Source of the DNA: an uncultured Oligoflexia bacterium
GTDB lineage: Bacteria; Bdellovibrionota_B; Oligoflexia; Silvanigrellales; Silvanigrellaceae
Length of the DNA stretch: 46,048 nucleotides
Assembly: GCA_964460155.1 (NCBI GenBank)
Contig: CAYWSV010000003.1
Location: 1 to 46,048, forward strand
Direction of reading: 5' to 3'
The translations under genes were made by a program, and so were the position numbers. The notes beneath the pieces are model-generated. The model was given only the letters and a program-made list of their open reading frames with translations. It searched no databases and was not told the DNA's origin. The stretch's first letter is position 1. Every line of letters starts with the position of its first letter. This document shows positions 27,149 through 35,684 of the stretch, piece by piece.

Positions 27149-27175
27149 TAAAGTGCAGAAAAATTGCTCCGATGT
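27149..27175 (+). promoter_or_regulatory. Candidate sigma-28 (FliA-type) promoter
   Basis: The site reads TAAA-N15-tCCGATgt against the consensus TAAA-N15-GCCGATAA. It sits 63 nt upstream of the ATG at 27238. Confidence 0.35.
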
Positions 27176-27237
27176 GAATGTATAGGCGGCGGGGAAATAT
27201 TGATTCCGCGACAGTCTACACGAAGAAGGAGCTCCTC

Positions 27238-28263
27238 ATGAGAAATATCATTTTCTTCCCACTTTTTTCACTTATTCTTCAGGCTCAAGGCTGTGGTGCA
27301 AAGGACGCCAAGAATGCCATTTCGAAAATTGCCTCCGAGAATCAGTTTGAGTTCGGAGCACAGGCCACGAGCGAAGCCGTCAGTGCAGCAAGCGCCGGTG
27401 ATAGCGAAGGAGCATCAGGGTTCAGTTTGTCTTTGGCTGACAGTGGTAGTCCCTTTAAATCGGTGACTAGGACGTGTGTTGTGCAGCCCGACAACTCTGC
27501 GCTTGTAACTGTCTCCTCTGAAATCAATGTGGACAAGTCGAATTCGTCAGCGAATATATCTCGCACAAACAAGATCTCGGGGACGAGCACTGAAAGTCGT
27601 GTATGGAGTCACCCTTCGGGTGTTCAATGCGCAAATAGCGAACGTGCAAAATTAAATTTGAAAACGGACGCAGCGTCCTACGGACTCAAGGTCAAGATCG
27701 AGCGCTCGCGTCAGCAAACCATGTCGCAGACCAACCTAAAAAAGAATTCGACTGTTTCCTCGTCACGATCATTTTCGATGTCCGGAGAGCGAGTTATTCA
27801 GGTGATTTCCTACAGCGAGGATACTGCAAATGGTGTGTCACTGCAGGAGAAGAAAATCTCAGGCAGTATGAATCGTAATTTTACATTCATCGACAAAAGT
27901 GGGCAGTCTCAGTCGGGCAGTTTTTCAACGACAACCGTTGGCGATCCTATGGTTGTGAAGGTGAAACGTTCGATCTCATCAAAAGAAGTCGTGTCGCGCG
28001 AGATTGTTTCGGGTGCCCGCAGGAGCACGCTCGCCGATGGTTCTGTCATTGAGCTTGGCTTCAGCAATTTCGTGATGACTGGAGCGGGAGAAAGTTGTGA
28101 GGCTCAATCGGGAAGCGTTTCGATTAAATACTTAGATTCTGCTGGAGCAGTCAGTAGATCTGTTCAATGCGCTGCAGACTCTGGTTTACTCTCCTGCACC
28201 GACGAGAGTGGTGCGGCGGTTGAGATTGAAAGCCCTTCGTGCGATCCCGCGGATGACAAATAA
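27238..28263 (+). CDS. Hypothetical Ser-rich lipoprotein
   Basis: The ATG follows a GAAGGAG RBS. The lipobox is FSLILQAQGCG. I recognise no family. Confidence 0.6.
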   Translation: MRNIIFFPLFSLILQAQGCGAKDAKNAISKIASENQFEFGAQATSEAVSAASAGDSEGASGFSLSLADSGSPFKSVTRTCVVQPDNSALVTVSSEINVDKSNSSANISRTNKISGTSTESRVWSHPSGVQCANSERAKLNLKTDAASYGLKVKIERSRQQTMSQTNLKKNSTVSSSRSFSMSGERVIQVISYSEDTANGVSLQEKKISGSMNRNFTFIDKSGQSQSGSFSTTTVGDPMVVKVKRSISSKEVVSREIVSGARRSTLADGSVIELGFSNFVMTGAGESCEAQSGSVSIKYLDSAGAVSRSVQCAADSGLLSCTDESGAAVEIESPSCDPADDK

Positions 28264-28328
28264 GGTCCCGTTTTTAGCAAAGAAATTGGGCAGTGGTCTC
28301 AAGTTTGCTCTACAAATTCCGACATGCC

Positions 28329-28357
28329 CCAAACGGTCGGTGTGCCTGACCGTTTGG
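28329..28357 (+). terminator. Hairpin, a possible terminator or attenuator between two lipoprotein genes
   Basis: The hairpin ccaaacggtc-ggtgtgcct-gaccgtttgg is a perfect 10-bp stem. The T-tract after it is weak (ctatttgttg), and it ends 23 nt before the next ATG. Confidence 0.4.
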
Positions 28358-28379
28358 CTATTTGTTGTCGGAGTGGTTC

Positions 28380-29054
28380 ATGAGATTGTTGAGTCTCGTT
28401 GTCTTGGTCATGTTTTCAGTAGGCTGTAAAGTAAAAGCGGTTGATGAGAGCGACCCGCAGACACTTAATGCAAGCTATGGCCGCAAGAAGATTTTTCTTT
28501 GGAATAAACGCGTCAAATCATCATTTGATTCAATTCAGCGCAGTTGTTGGTACTACAAAGAGGTTTCACCGAGTCTTGGTCTTTCTGACAATGACGCGAT
28601 GCTCACCTCATCTAAACTGAACGAGTATGCGATTCATGACGGGCATATTCAAAAGCAACTTCAAAATATCGTTAAAGAGAAGCTTATCAACATGGGGGCC
28701 GAATTTGTTCCCTGTGGTTTGGCGACAGTTTCGGTCGCTGCCGCAATCGCGTCTGGCGGGGCATCAGCAATCGCTTTTGGAGTCAGCTCCGCGTGGATGG
28801 CAAACAATTGCATTAAGAATTCACTTAATATTGCACGCTATGCAAAAGAGTTTAGAGGCACCTCTGAGGGCATCGCTTCACTGGAAACAAATGAAACACT
28901 TTTAGGAACTATATTCCCTGCGAGTAAGGCGGAAACAGATATTTTTCGTGAGGCAATTCGTCGAGCCCGACAGTTAGGACTGGAAGACAAAGTCGCTTGT
29001 CCGAAGGCAACTCAATTTGCAGCCGAAATTAAGTCGCAGAAGCATTCCCGATAG
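28380..29054 (+). CDS. Hypothetical lipoprotein with an internal Gly/Ala-zipper hydrophobic segment
   Basis: The ATG follows a GGAG RBS and the lipobox is VMFSVGC. The segment CGLATVSVAAAIASGGASAIAFGVSSAWMANNC is flanked by Cys residues. Confidence 0.6.
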   Translation: MRLLSLVVLVMFSVGCKVKAVDESDPQTLNASYGRKKIFLWNKRVKSSFDSIQRSCWYYKEVSPSLGLSDNDAMLTSSKLNEYAIHDGHIQKQLQNIVKEKLINMGAEFVPCGLATVSVAAAIASGGASAIAFGVSSAWMANNCIKNSLNIARYAKEFRGTSEGIASLETNETLLGTIFPASKAETDIFREAIRRARQLGLEDKVACPKATQFAAEIKSQKHSR

Positions 29055-29097
29055 GTTCGTCTGGTCGAACACTGTAATGAATCAATTGTGACGTCTT

Positions 29098-30816
29098 TTA
29101 ATTGAAGATAATTGTTACACTGCCGGGCTGTCCGCTTCCGCCGGTGCCTGCGGAATAGTGTGGATCGTTTCGATTGACTGCGAGTGCACCTGTCGATGAA
29201 CCGTTACTACCGTTCATAGAAACGCGGCTTGTCGTATTTGGATGAAGAAATCCAGAACCACCGCCACCACCTGAGCCCGTGCAATTGCCCGAGGTCACAT
29301 CTCCAGAGCCCCCAAGCCCACCATAAAACCCAGCCCCCCCGCCTCCGCCTCCGGTGCCCTGATTTGTGATTCTTCCGCCGCCTGAGCAGCCATGGGATTT
29401 CTCGGTCGACCAAATAATGTTGTTACAGCCACCAATGAGCGTTGCTCCGCCGCCTCCAGAAATTCCGCCCGCAGCAGACATTTCGCCCGCTAAACCAGAA
29501 GAATTTCCGCCTCCGCCACCACCGCCTGAACCCGATTGTCCAGCACCGCCTCCGCCGCCGGCCATAACAACGAGGTCATTGTCATAATAAACTGAGGATG
29601 ATTGTCCTCCGGGACCCGCACCAAATTCAGAGAGTCCGACTGGCGATCCAGACGTTGAATCACCAACCAAAATGATTATCTCTTTGTTCTCTGTCACCGT
29701 TAGCGTTCCCTGTGCATAGCCTCCGCCTCCACCGGATCGAACCCCAGATGAGCAGCCGGCGTTGTTTTCCCCTGTCCCGTCGCCACCAGCGCCCCAGACT
29801 TTAACTGTGATTGCTGTTGTGCCGTTTGGAACCAGCAATGAATACCGACCAGCGATGGAAAATGTTTTTGGTGACTTGTCTGATGGGAGAGCGTTAAAAA
29901 GAGGAGAGACGAGCGTTCCGTTTGCCATTTTGACCGATAATTTAAATGAATACCTTCCACCAATAGCGAAGGGGCTCTGTGACAAATCAAATGCACACTT
30001 CGACACCGACGCAGCAGAAAAAGCACCTGTCGTTGAAGAACTCTGGATTCTGTCACTGCAGCTTTCGAAACCTTGAAACACGGTTGCCGAAGCTGGTAAT
30101 TTTTGTGGATCTCCATCCCACGCAGAAATCTCTCTTTCTGCAGATGATTTTCCTGCAATAATTGTAATGATTCCAGACTGTGTTTGTGCATTTCCCCACA
30201 TAAATTGAGCGCGGCCTTCTGATCCGTTGAACTGAACATCTCGCCAGATTTCAATTTGAGTTGAGCTTGAACCTGTCGGTGTTGGCAGTGAGACTGTTGT
30301 GAGTGCCGGCTTATCAGAAGGTCCTGCATTAATGATGCTGTCAGTTAAAAGTATTCCGATGCGTCTTGTGAGTTCACGAACTTCTGCACCTGCACTGCGC
30401 GCGGCTTCGATGAGGGGTGCAATGTCTGTTGGAATAACCCACTGAGTACTGAGTTCCTTGTTAGCGACATTGATCTTGAGCGTGGGCACACTCTCTGGGA
30501 TTTTGCTGACAGGAACAGTGAATTCACCTTGGTCATTTGTTTTTGTCTTGTAATCTGTTTCCACAACGGTAACCGAGGTTTGCTTTGCGCGACTGCCGTC
30601 AGGTAAATTTAAAACCCCCGTAAGGAAAGAACCTGCAACGGGCACGGGTGGAATGACGGTGTCTCCGACAGTTGGGTTTTTTGGGGGCGTCGACGTTCCT
30701 TCGGCAATTGGCTTTTTGGATGGTGTCATCGTTCCAGTGCGAAACGTAGCCGCGCCCCCACACGAACCGGTGAGGATCGCATTCGAAAGAAGAAAAATTT
30801 GAGTTTTCAACTTCAT
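29098..30816 (-). CDS. Lipoprotein with a CarboxypepD_reg-like domain and a C-terminal glycine-rich domain (bacterial Gly_rich / ALK-LTK GRD-like)
   Basis: The lipobox is ILTGSCGG. SFLTGVLNLPDGS...TNDQGEFTVPV resembles a carboxypeptidase-regulatory fold. The C-terminal ~255 aa follow the pattern VKVWGAGGDG...GGGGGYAQGTLTV...IIILVG...VMAGGGGGAG...GGGGGGAGFYGG...GGGGGSGF, which is typical of the glycine-rich-protein family. Confidence 0.65.
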   Translation of the reverse strand: MKLKTQIFLLSNAILTGSCGGAATFRTGTMTPSKKPIAEGTSTPPKNPTVGDTVIPPVPVAGSFLTGVLNLPDGSRAKQTSVTVVETDYKTKTNDQGEFTVPVSKIPESVPTLKINVANKELSTQWVIPTDIAPLIEAARSAGAEVRELTRRIGILLTDSIINAGPSDKPALTTVSLPTPTGSSSTQIEIWRDVQFNGSEGRAQFMWGNAQTQSGIITIIAGKSSAEREISAWDGDPQKLPASATVFQGFESCSDRIQSSSTTGAFSAASVSKCAFDLSQSPFAIGGRYSFKLSVKMANGTLVSPLFNALPSDKSPKTFSIAGRYSLLVPNGTTAITVKVWGAGGDGTGENNAGCSSGVRSGGGGGYAQGTLTVTENKEIIILVGDSTSGSPVGLSEFGAGPGGQSSSVYYDNDLVVMAGGGGGAGQSGSGGGGGGGNSSGLAGEMSAAGGISGGGGATLIGGCNNIIWSTEKSHGCSGGGRITNQGTGGGGGGAGFYGGLGGSGDVTSGNCTGSGGGGGSGFLHPNTTSRVSMNGSNGSSTGALAVNRNDPHYSAGTGGSGQPGSVTIIFN

Positions 30817-30823
30817 GTTGCCA

Positions 30824-31678
30824 TCAATAACCCTTATTTATGGTTGCTATGTCTCCGGGACTGAAGTGAAATATTTTTGAATTGAGTTCCGGGTTATATT
30901 CTTCACGACTCGTTGCGAATCTGCAGTAGTTCATTATCGAGTTTCTATCGTATGGCGTGACAGCACGAGCGTCCTGAGGCAGTCCTGGACGACGCAGGTC
31001 TTCATTAAAAAGGTCGCACTCGCTTTCGGGATGCGCATGCTCATGGCGCAGACCCACAGCGTGTCCGAATTCGTGAAGCGATGTAGATAATGCATAATTC
31101 ATGCGGCCTTGTGGAGTTAGCTTATTCAGGCGCGCGACAGCTCCGCTGTGTCTTCCGAGTCCTGATGTGTTAAGAACGATACCGTGCGCATCGCCTCTCA
31201 AGAATTTTCCCCAATCGCGAACTCTGGGATTCCCCGGCCTGTCTCCAAACGACATCTTTGCAGCAAGGCTTTTGTTCGATTTGAGCAGAGATTGAAACGC
31301 AGGGTCATCGTAGACGACCACTCCAATATCAAACTGTCCGTTCAGTGAATCACAATTTTTCCATCCTTTTTGAATCCGCAAGCGCTGAGTGTTGGCAAAG
31401 TTGGTAATGACATGATTTTCGACATCCTTCCGAAATTCTGCCTGCGAGGAATGGCTCGACGACCAGCAGACCACGAGCGGTTTGCCTGATTGCCACAGTG
31501 TAGATTGCTGAACGAGAACTCCCTGAGCTCCAGCGTCTGTGCTAGAGGCGCCCTCGGGCTGGGCTTTACCGCCCAATTTTCCACATGCGACGACCCAACC
31601 TGTCACAAGGACCGAAGTGCTCACCAAGAGATTCCTCTTGCTCCGTTGGCTTTTATTTAACAATATAAAAAGATTCAT
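30824..31678 (-). CDS. Astacin-like (M12A-type) zinc metalloprotease lipoprotein
   Basis: HEFGHAVGLRHEH fits HExxHxxGxxHE, including the astacin-specific Glu, and the Met-turn is SIMNY. The lipobox is GWVVACG. The stop is 7 nt upstream of the glycine-rich lipoprotein gene. Confidence 0.75.
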   Translation of the reverse strand: MNLFILLNKSQRSKRNLLVSTSVLVTGWVVACGKLGGKAQPEGASSTDAGAQGVLVQQSTLWQSGKPLVVCWSSSHSSQAEFRKDVENHVITNFANTQRLRIQKGWKNCDSLNGQFDIGVVVYDDPAFQSLLKSNKSLAAKMSFGDRPGNPRVRDWGKFLRGDAHGIVLNTSGLGRHSGAVARLNKLTPQGRMNYALSTSLHEFGHAVGLRHEHAHPESECDLFNEDLRRPGLPQDARAVTPYDRNSIMNYCRFATSREEYNPELNSKIFHFSPGDIATINKGY

Positions 31679-31788
31679 GTTATTCCCCGATTAAATCTGC
31701 GGAATTTACTGCAAGAACGAGTATCGGAGTTTGGCCAAAATCACTGAAGAGTGTGCGTGAGCCGAGAATTAAGTCCCCAAAATGATTA

Positions 31789-31821
31789 GGGCCGAGGATC
31801 CTAATGAAGGATCCTCGGCCC
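31789..31821 (-). terminator. Perfect 13-bp hairpin, the probable terminator of the 31861..32406 gene
   Basis: The hairpin is gggccgaggatcc-taatgaa-ggatcctcggccc. It lies 40 nt downstream of the stop, and a U-run follows on the minus strand after a 7-nt gap. Confidence 0.5.
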
Positions 31822-31860
31822 TTTGCAGTTTGTAATCTAAGACTACAAGCTAGGTGTCAC

Positions 31861-32406
31861 TCAGTACGGACACTCGCAGATGCTTTGCGGATAACACACA
31901 GTGCCATTGGGTCCCGCGCTGCATCGGTTTTCGACGCGACAAACGGGCCAGCGGCCTTCATAGCGGGTTGTGATAGCCACAGGGAATTTGAACGACTTGA
32001 CTTCAACAACGCGTCCGCCGTCGGAGTAGGTCACTTCAAAATCATTCATGCCTTCTGCAACAGAGAAGTATCTTTGGCCATGGTGCGAGCGTGGGAAGAA
32101 ATCGATTTTTTCCGAGCGTCCACCCGACTTATACTGGCGGTCGGTGTATGGATAAGGGTCGTTCGACATGCCGGGAGTCACGTTGACAATGCGCACACGG
32201 CGGCCTTCGACTGTAGGCATTTCGGGATCAAAAAAGTAACCGCGCACAGGCTCAAGACGTGAACCAGGACAAGCGCCGGTGAAGACCACGTTCTCCATGA
32301 GAATTGCATCTGTCCGAGGACCCGTAGGTGTATCGGTCACGAAGCCGGGAGAAGCAAAAGCAAAACTCGAAACCAATCCTGCAACCAAAGCAACAAGGCG
32401 TGTCAT
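31861..32406 (-). CDS. Hypothetical secreted protein with a Cys-rich C-terminus
   Basis: The ATG at 32406 follows a GGAGG RBS. MTRLVALVAGLVSSFAFA is a signal peptide. I recognise no family. Confidence 0.55.
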   Translation of the reverse strand: MTRLVALVAGLVSSFAFASPGFVTDTPTGPRTDAILMENVVFTGACPGSRLEPVRGYFFDPEMPTVEGRRVRIVNVTPGMSNDPYPYTDRQYKSGGRSEKIDFFPRSHHGQRYFSVAEGMNDFEVTYSDGGRVVEVKSFKFPVAITTRYEGRWPVCRVENRCSAGPNGTVCYPQSICECPY

Positions 32407-32713
32407 GGGCACCTCCAAAGTGTTCACGTCGACTGTGCTGTCGGGCGTAGCACTCGTCTGACCGCGTTTCAATGAAAAAAAACAGAGTCTAAAAAGAAAC
32501 AACTTCAGGTCTGAAAGCGTATTAAAATCCCAATAAAACCGGTGTGATAAAAGCGCGCCAAACGCGAAGCGTCAATCACTGTCCAACATGGTTTAGGGCA
32601 ATATTCTTGGCATGTCCCCTCCGATCATCTCGGGCTATCTTTGATCAACCGAAAACCGAACTAAAAATCCAGTTGAGCTGCCTACAGAGTCGTTGAATGC
32701 GGAGGCCAGAATC

Positions 32714-35224
32714 ATGATACGCATGCTTTCCATAATTTCAGTACAATTTGTGCTGATTTTTGCACTGACTGCCTGCAAAAGAACGCAAACGGCCTCGGTT
32801 CAAAGCGAAATCTCGGGACCTATCATTCTTCCCTCTGAGAATCCCATCGTCCTCACACAGGTTGGGCAAGCGGCAATCAACAATGCTGCCGACATTATAA
32901 AGACGAGCACTGATGTGATGCTCTACAATCAAGATCATAAATTTAAGCCCGTCGATGTGATTATCGACCCCGATGGCAGCGAGCACGTGCGCTTTCACAG
33001 AACCTACAAAGATGCTCCTGTTCTTGGCGGCGACCTTGTAACGCATCGTCTTAAGAACGACCCATCGAAACGCATCAGTGTTGCATCATCAAATATTATT
33101 GATGTCGACGTCACTGAATTGGTCTCAAAGGAACGCGCAACTCAAATAGCGTCGGCTGCATTTCAGGGAAAGTATGTAGGCACGCGTTCAGCACGGAAAG
33201 TTATTTTTAATGCGAAACAGGAGCCGCGAGTTGCCTGGGAAATTATCCAATCGGGAGTTTCGGCCAGAGGATTAATGATCGAAAAAAAGATCTTCGTCGA
33301 CGCGCGCAGAGCGATTGTGTTGGCACAATGGGATCATCTTCAAAGTGTGGCCGCGCAGGGCCAAGGCTTTCACTCGGGAACCGTGAATCTCAATGTCACA
33401 GCATCGGGCTTACAATTTCTTCTTAAAGATTCAACGAGAGGCAATACACTCACAGGTGACTTGGTGCAGACCGAGAGCGCTGATGTTCCACCTCCAGTGA
33501 GTTCTCCGACCACACTGTTTGGCGATGGAAATTTGAATCCAATGAGCCTTGCCGTAGATGCTCAATTTGGTGCGTCTATCACGTGGGATTACTTTTTAAA
33601 TATTCACAGCCGCAAGGGAACAAACAACGACGGGCGCGGAGTCAAATCGCGTGTTAACTATGGAGTCAACTATGGCAACGCGTTTTATGACCCGCTGTGC
33701 GATTGCGTGACCTATGGTTCCGGCGACGGGCAATTCCTAAATGCCACCACGGCACTGGATGTCGTTGCACATGAAATCAGTCATGGTCTGACAACTCATA
33801 CGGCCGACCTTCTCTATTGGAGCGAATCAGGCGGTCTGAATGAAGCAACGAGCGATATTTTTGGAGCTATGGTTGAGTTCTATGCGAATATTCCAAGTGA
33901 CCCACCTGACTATATTTTAGGAGAAAAAGTTGTTGTTCGAGAGACTCTGGGCGAAGGCCTGAGGTTCCTGTACAACCCAAATCTCGATGGATTTTCTCCC
34001 AATTGTTACACCGATGCAGTCGCAGACATGGAGGTCCATTCATCATCGGGCATCGGGAATCATTTCTTTTATTTGCTGGCAGAAGGATCTAATCCAGCTT
34101 CACCACTTCCTCCTTCGCCAACCTGCAACAACTCTCAGCTCAACGGCATAGGTCGGCAAAAGGCGGCGCGAATTTGGTATCGAGCGCTGGTCACCTACAT
34201 GACCTCGACGACAGATTATCGGGGAGCGCGCTTGGCGACGATTAGAGCTGCAAACGATTTGTTTGGCAAAGCCTCGCCTGAATCGACAGCTGTGGCTTCG
34301 GCTTGGGCCGCTGTTGGTCTAAACTCAAATTTTAAAATTGAAGCCATTCCGGATCAGATGATTCAAACTGGAAAGCGGCACTCAATCGAGATTGTTGTTC
34401 AAAACGCTAAAGAAAATTGCGCAACCGAGCTCAAGGTGACGTCCAGCAACAAAGAACTTATTCCCCAGTCAGGTCTTGTGGCTTCACGTTTTGCTCCAAG
34501 TTGTCTGCTCACAATTCAGCCTGTGGCGAATAAGCGCGGGCAGAGCACAATCACATTGAACTATGGTCAAGGCGAAACAGCGGTCAGTCAGAGTTTTCTC
34601 GTCACCGTTGCAGACATCAACGTTCCTCCTCAAATCACCAACATTCCTGATCAGTCTATTCAAGAAGACACGACTTTGAATGTGAACGTGAAAGTATCCG
34701 ACAAAAATGACCCGCTGAATTGTGCAAAGAATTTGGATGCAACTTGGGACAACCCTGCACTTTTGGATCCACGCGGATTATCGTTCCGCGGAACCGCTCC
34801 TCATTGCACTCTTGTTTTGCGTCCTTATCCGAACGCAAACGGAAAGACCAAGGTGACGGTGACTGTAAAAGACCCAAGTGATGCAGCAGCAACAGATTCA
34901 TTTAATCTGACCGTTGTACCGGTCAACGATGCTCCGAATATCCTCTCCATCAAGGACCAGAGGTTGTTATCGAGCACGACGCTTATCGTGAGTTTGAAGG
35001 TTGTCGATGTCGATAATCAAATACAGTGTGCAGCAGTTAAGGCTACGAGCTCGAATCAGTCGATTGTCAAAAACAGCTCATTAACGGTTTCCGGAACTGC
35101 GCCCAACTGTCTTCTCAAGATTGTACCGCTGAAAAATGGAAACGGTGCGACCGTAATTAAGCTTGATGTCACAGATGGAAAACTCAAAGGCACCAGAAGT
35201 TTTAAGGTGAATGTGACCCGCTGA
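32714..35224 (+). CDS. Thermolysin-family (M4) zinc metalloprotease lipoprotein with three C-terminal cadherin/Ig-like repeats
   Basis: The ATG follows a GGAGG RBS and the lipobox is IFALTAC. The catalytic motifs are VVAHEISHG (HExxH) and GGLNEATSDIFG (the third zinc ligand Glu). The C-terminal 300 aa form three repeats of about 100 aa. Confidence 0.85.
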   Translation: MIRMLSIISVQFVLIFALTACKRTQTASVQSEISGPIILPSENPIVLTQVGQAAINNAADIIKTSTDVMLYNQDHKFKPVDVIIDPDGSEHVRFHRTYKDAPVLGGDLVTHRLKNDPSKRISVASSNIIDVDVTELVSKERATQIASAAFQGKYVGTRSARKVIFNAKQEPRVAWEIIQSGVSARGLMIEKKIFVDARRAIVLAQWDHLQSVAAQGQGFHSGTVNLNVTASGLQFLLKDSTRGNTLTGDLVQTESADVPPPVSSPTTLFGDGNLNPMSLAVDAQFGASITWDYFLNIHSRKGTNNDGRGVKSRVNYGVNYGNAFYDPLCDCVTYGSGDGQFLNATTALDVVAHEISHGLTTHTADLLYWSESGGLNEATSDIFGAMVEFYANIPSDPPDYILGEKVVVRETLGEGLRFLYNPNLDGFSPNCYTDAVADMEVHSSSGIGNHFFYLLAEGSNPASPLPPSPTCNNSQLNGIGRQKAARIWYRALVTYMTSTTDYRGARLATIRAANDLFGKASPESTAVASAWAAVGLNSNFKIEAIPDQMIQTGKRHSIEIVVQNAKENCATELKVTSSNKELIPQSGLVASRFAPSCLLTIQPVANKRGQSTITLNYGQGETAVSQSFLVTVADINVPPQITNIPDQSIQEDTTLNVNVKVSDKNDPLNCAKNLDATWDNPALLDPRGLSFRGTAPHCTLVLRPYPNANGKTKVTVTVKDPSDAAATDSFNLTVVPVNDAPNILSIKDQRLLSSTTLIVSLKVVDVDNQIQCAAVKATSSNQSIVKNSSLTVSGTAPNCLLKIVPLKNGNGATVIKLDVTDGKLKGTRSFKVNVTR
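34334..35221 (+). repeat. Three tandem protein-level repeats of about 100 aa (cadherin-like) in the M4 protease
   Basis: Each unit begins I(P/K)DQ, carries a conserved Cys pair (...C(A/T)... and AP(S/H/N)C(L/T)L) and an N(K/A/G)(R/N)G(Q/K/A)(S/T) turn, and ends F.(V/L)(T/N)V...(V/N)(P/D)(P/A)(Q/N)I. Confidence 0.7.
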
Positions 35225-35242
35225 AGTCAAAAAATCTTATTT

Positions 35243-35644
35243 TTATTGATTTGCACAACTCACACAGCGCCCCTCAAGTACTATTTTATGGGATTCCATA
35301 ATGAACCCAGGGGGTGTGAGTTTATCGAGATGACCGGGACAACCGCCCACAGGATAAACTCTGTCGCAGCGTGTGCATAAAAAGTGATGGTGGTGATGAG
35401 TGCCTGCTCTCTCATACCGTGGAGTCGTTCCGGGAAGATCGACGTGAACGATTTCGTTTTGTTCGAGCAGTGTTTTGATTCCTCGATAAACCGTGGCAAT
35501 TCCGATGTTTGGTTGAATGGAGCTTGCAGCCTCAAACAACTCTTGGGCGGACATAGGCCTGTCCGTGTGTTTGAACAGCCCACGAATGAGGTTTTGTTGT
35601 TGGGTTGTGCGTTTTTCGAGTTTCTCTGATTTGTCCTGATTCAT
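35243..35644 (-). CDS. zur: Fur-family transcriptional regulator, probably Zur
   Basis: It has a winged-helix N-terminus, a THHHHHFLCTRCDRV metal site and a C-terminal CVSC. It is the last gene of the zinc-uptake cluster. Confidence 0.7.
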   Translation of the reverse strand: MNQDKSEKLEKRTTQQQNLIRGLFKHTDRPMSAQELFEAASSIQPNIGIATVYRGIKTLLEQNEIVHVDLPGTTPRYERAGTHHHHHFLCTRCDRVYPVGGCPGHLDKLTPPGFIMESHKIVLEGRCVSCANQ

Positions 35645-35684
35645 CTTTTTACCCGTGCAACTTTCACTCGATGTCCGTATGAGC

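Noticed and set aside
29207-30329. ORFs 29366..29587 (+, Pro-rich), 29207..29413 (-), 29700..30329 (-) and 29762..30076 (+)
   Set aside because: They overlap the glycine-rich lipoprotein gene in other frames and have a low-complexity mirror composition. The 572-aa frame has the lipobox and coherent domains.
31804-32262. Plus-strand 152-aa ORF antisense to 31861..32406
   Set aside because: Its start lies inside the 13-bp terminator hairpin, it has no RBS, and its composition is Ala/Arg-rich and antisense-like. The minus-strand frame has a GGAGG RBS and a clean signal peptide.
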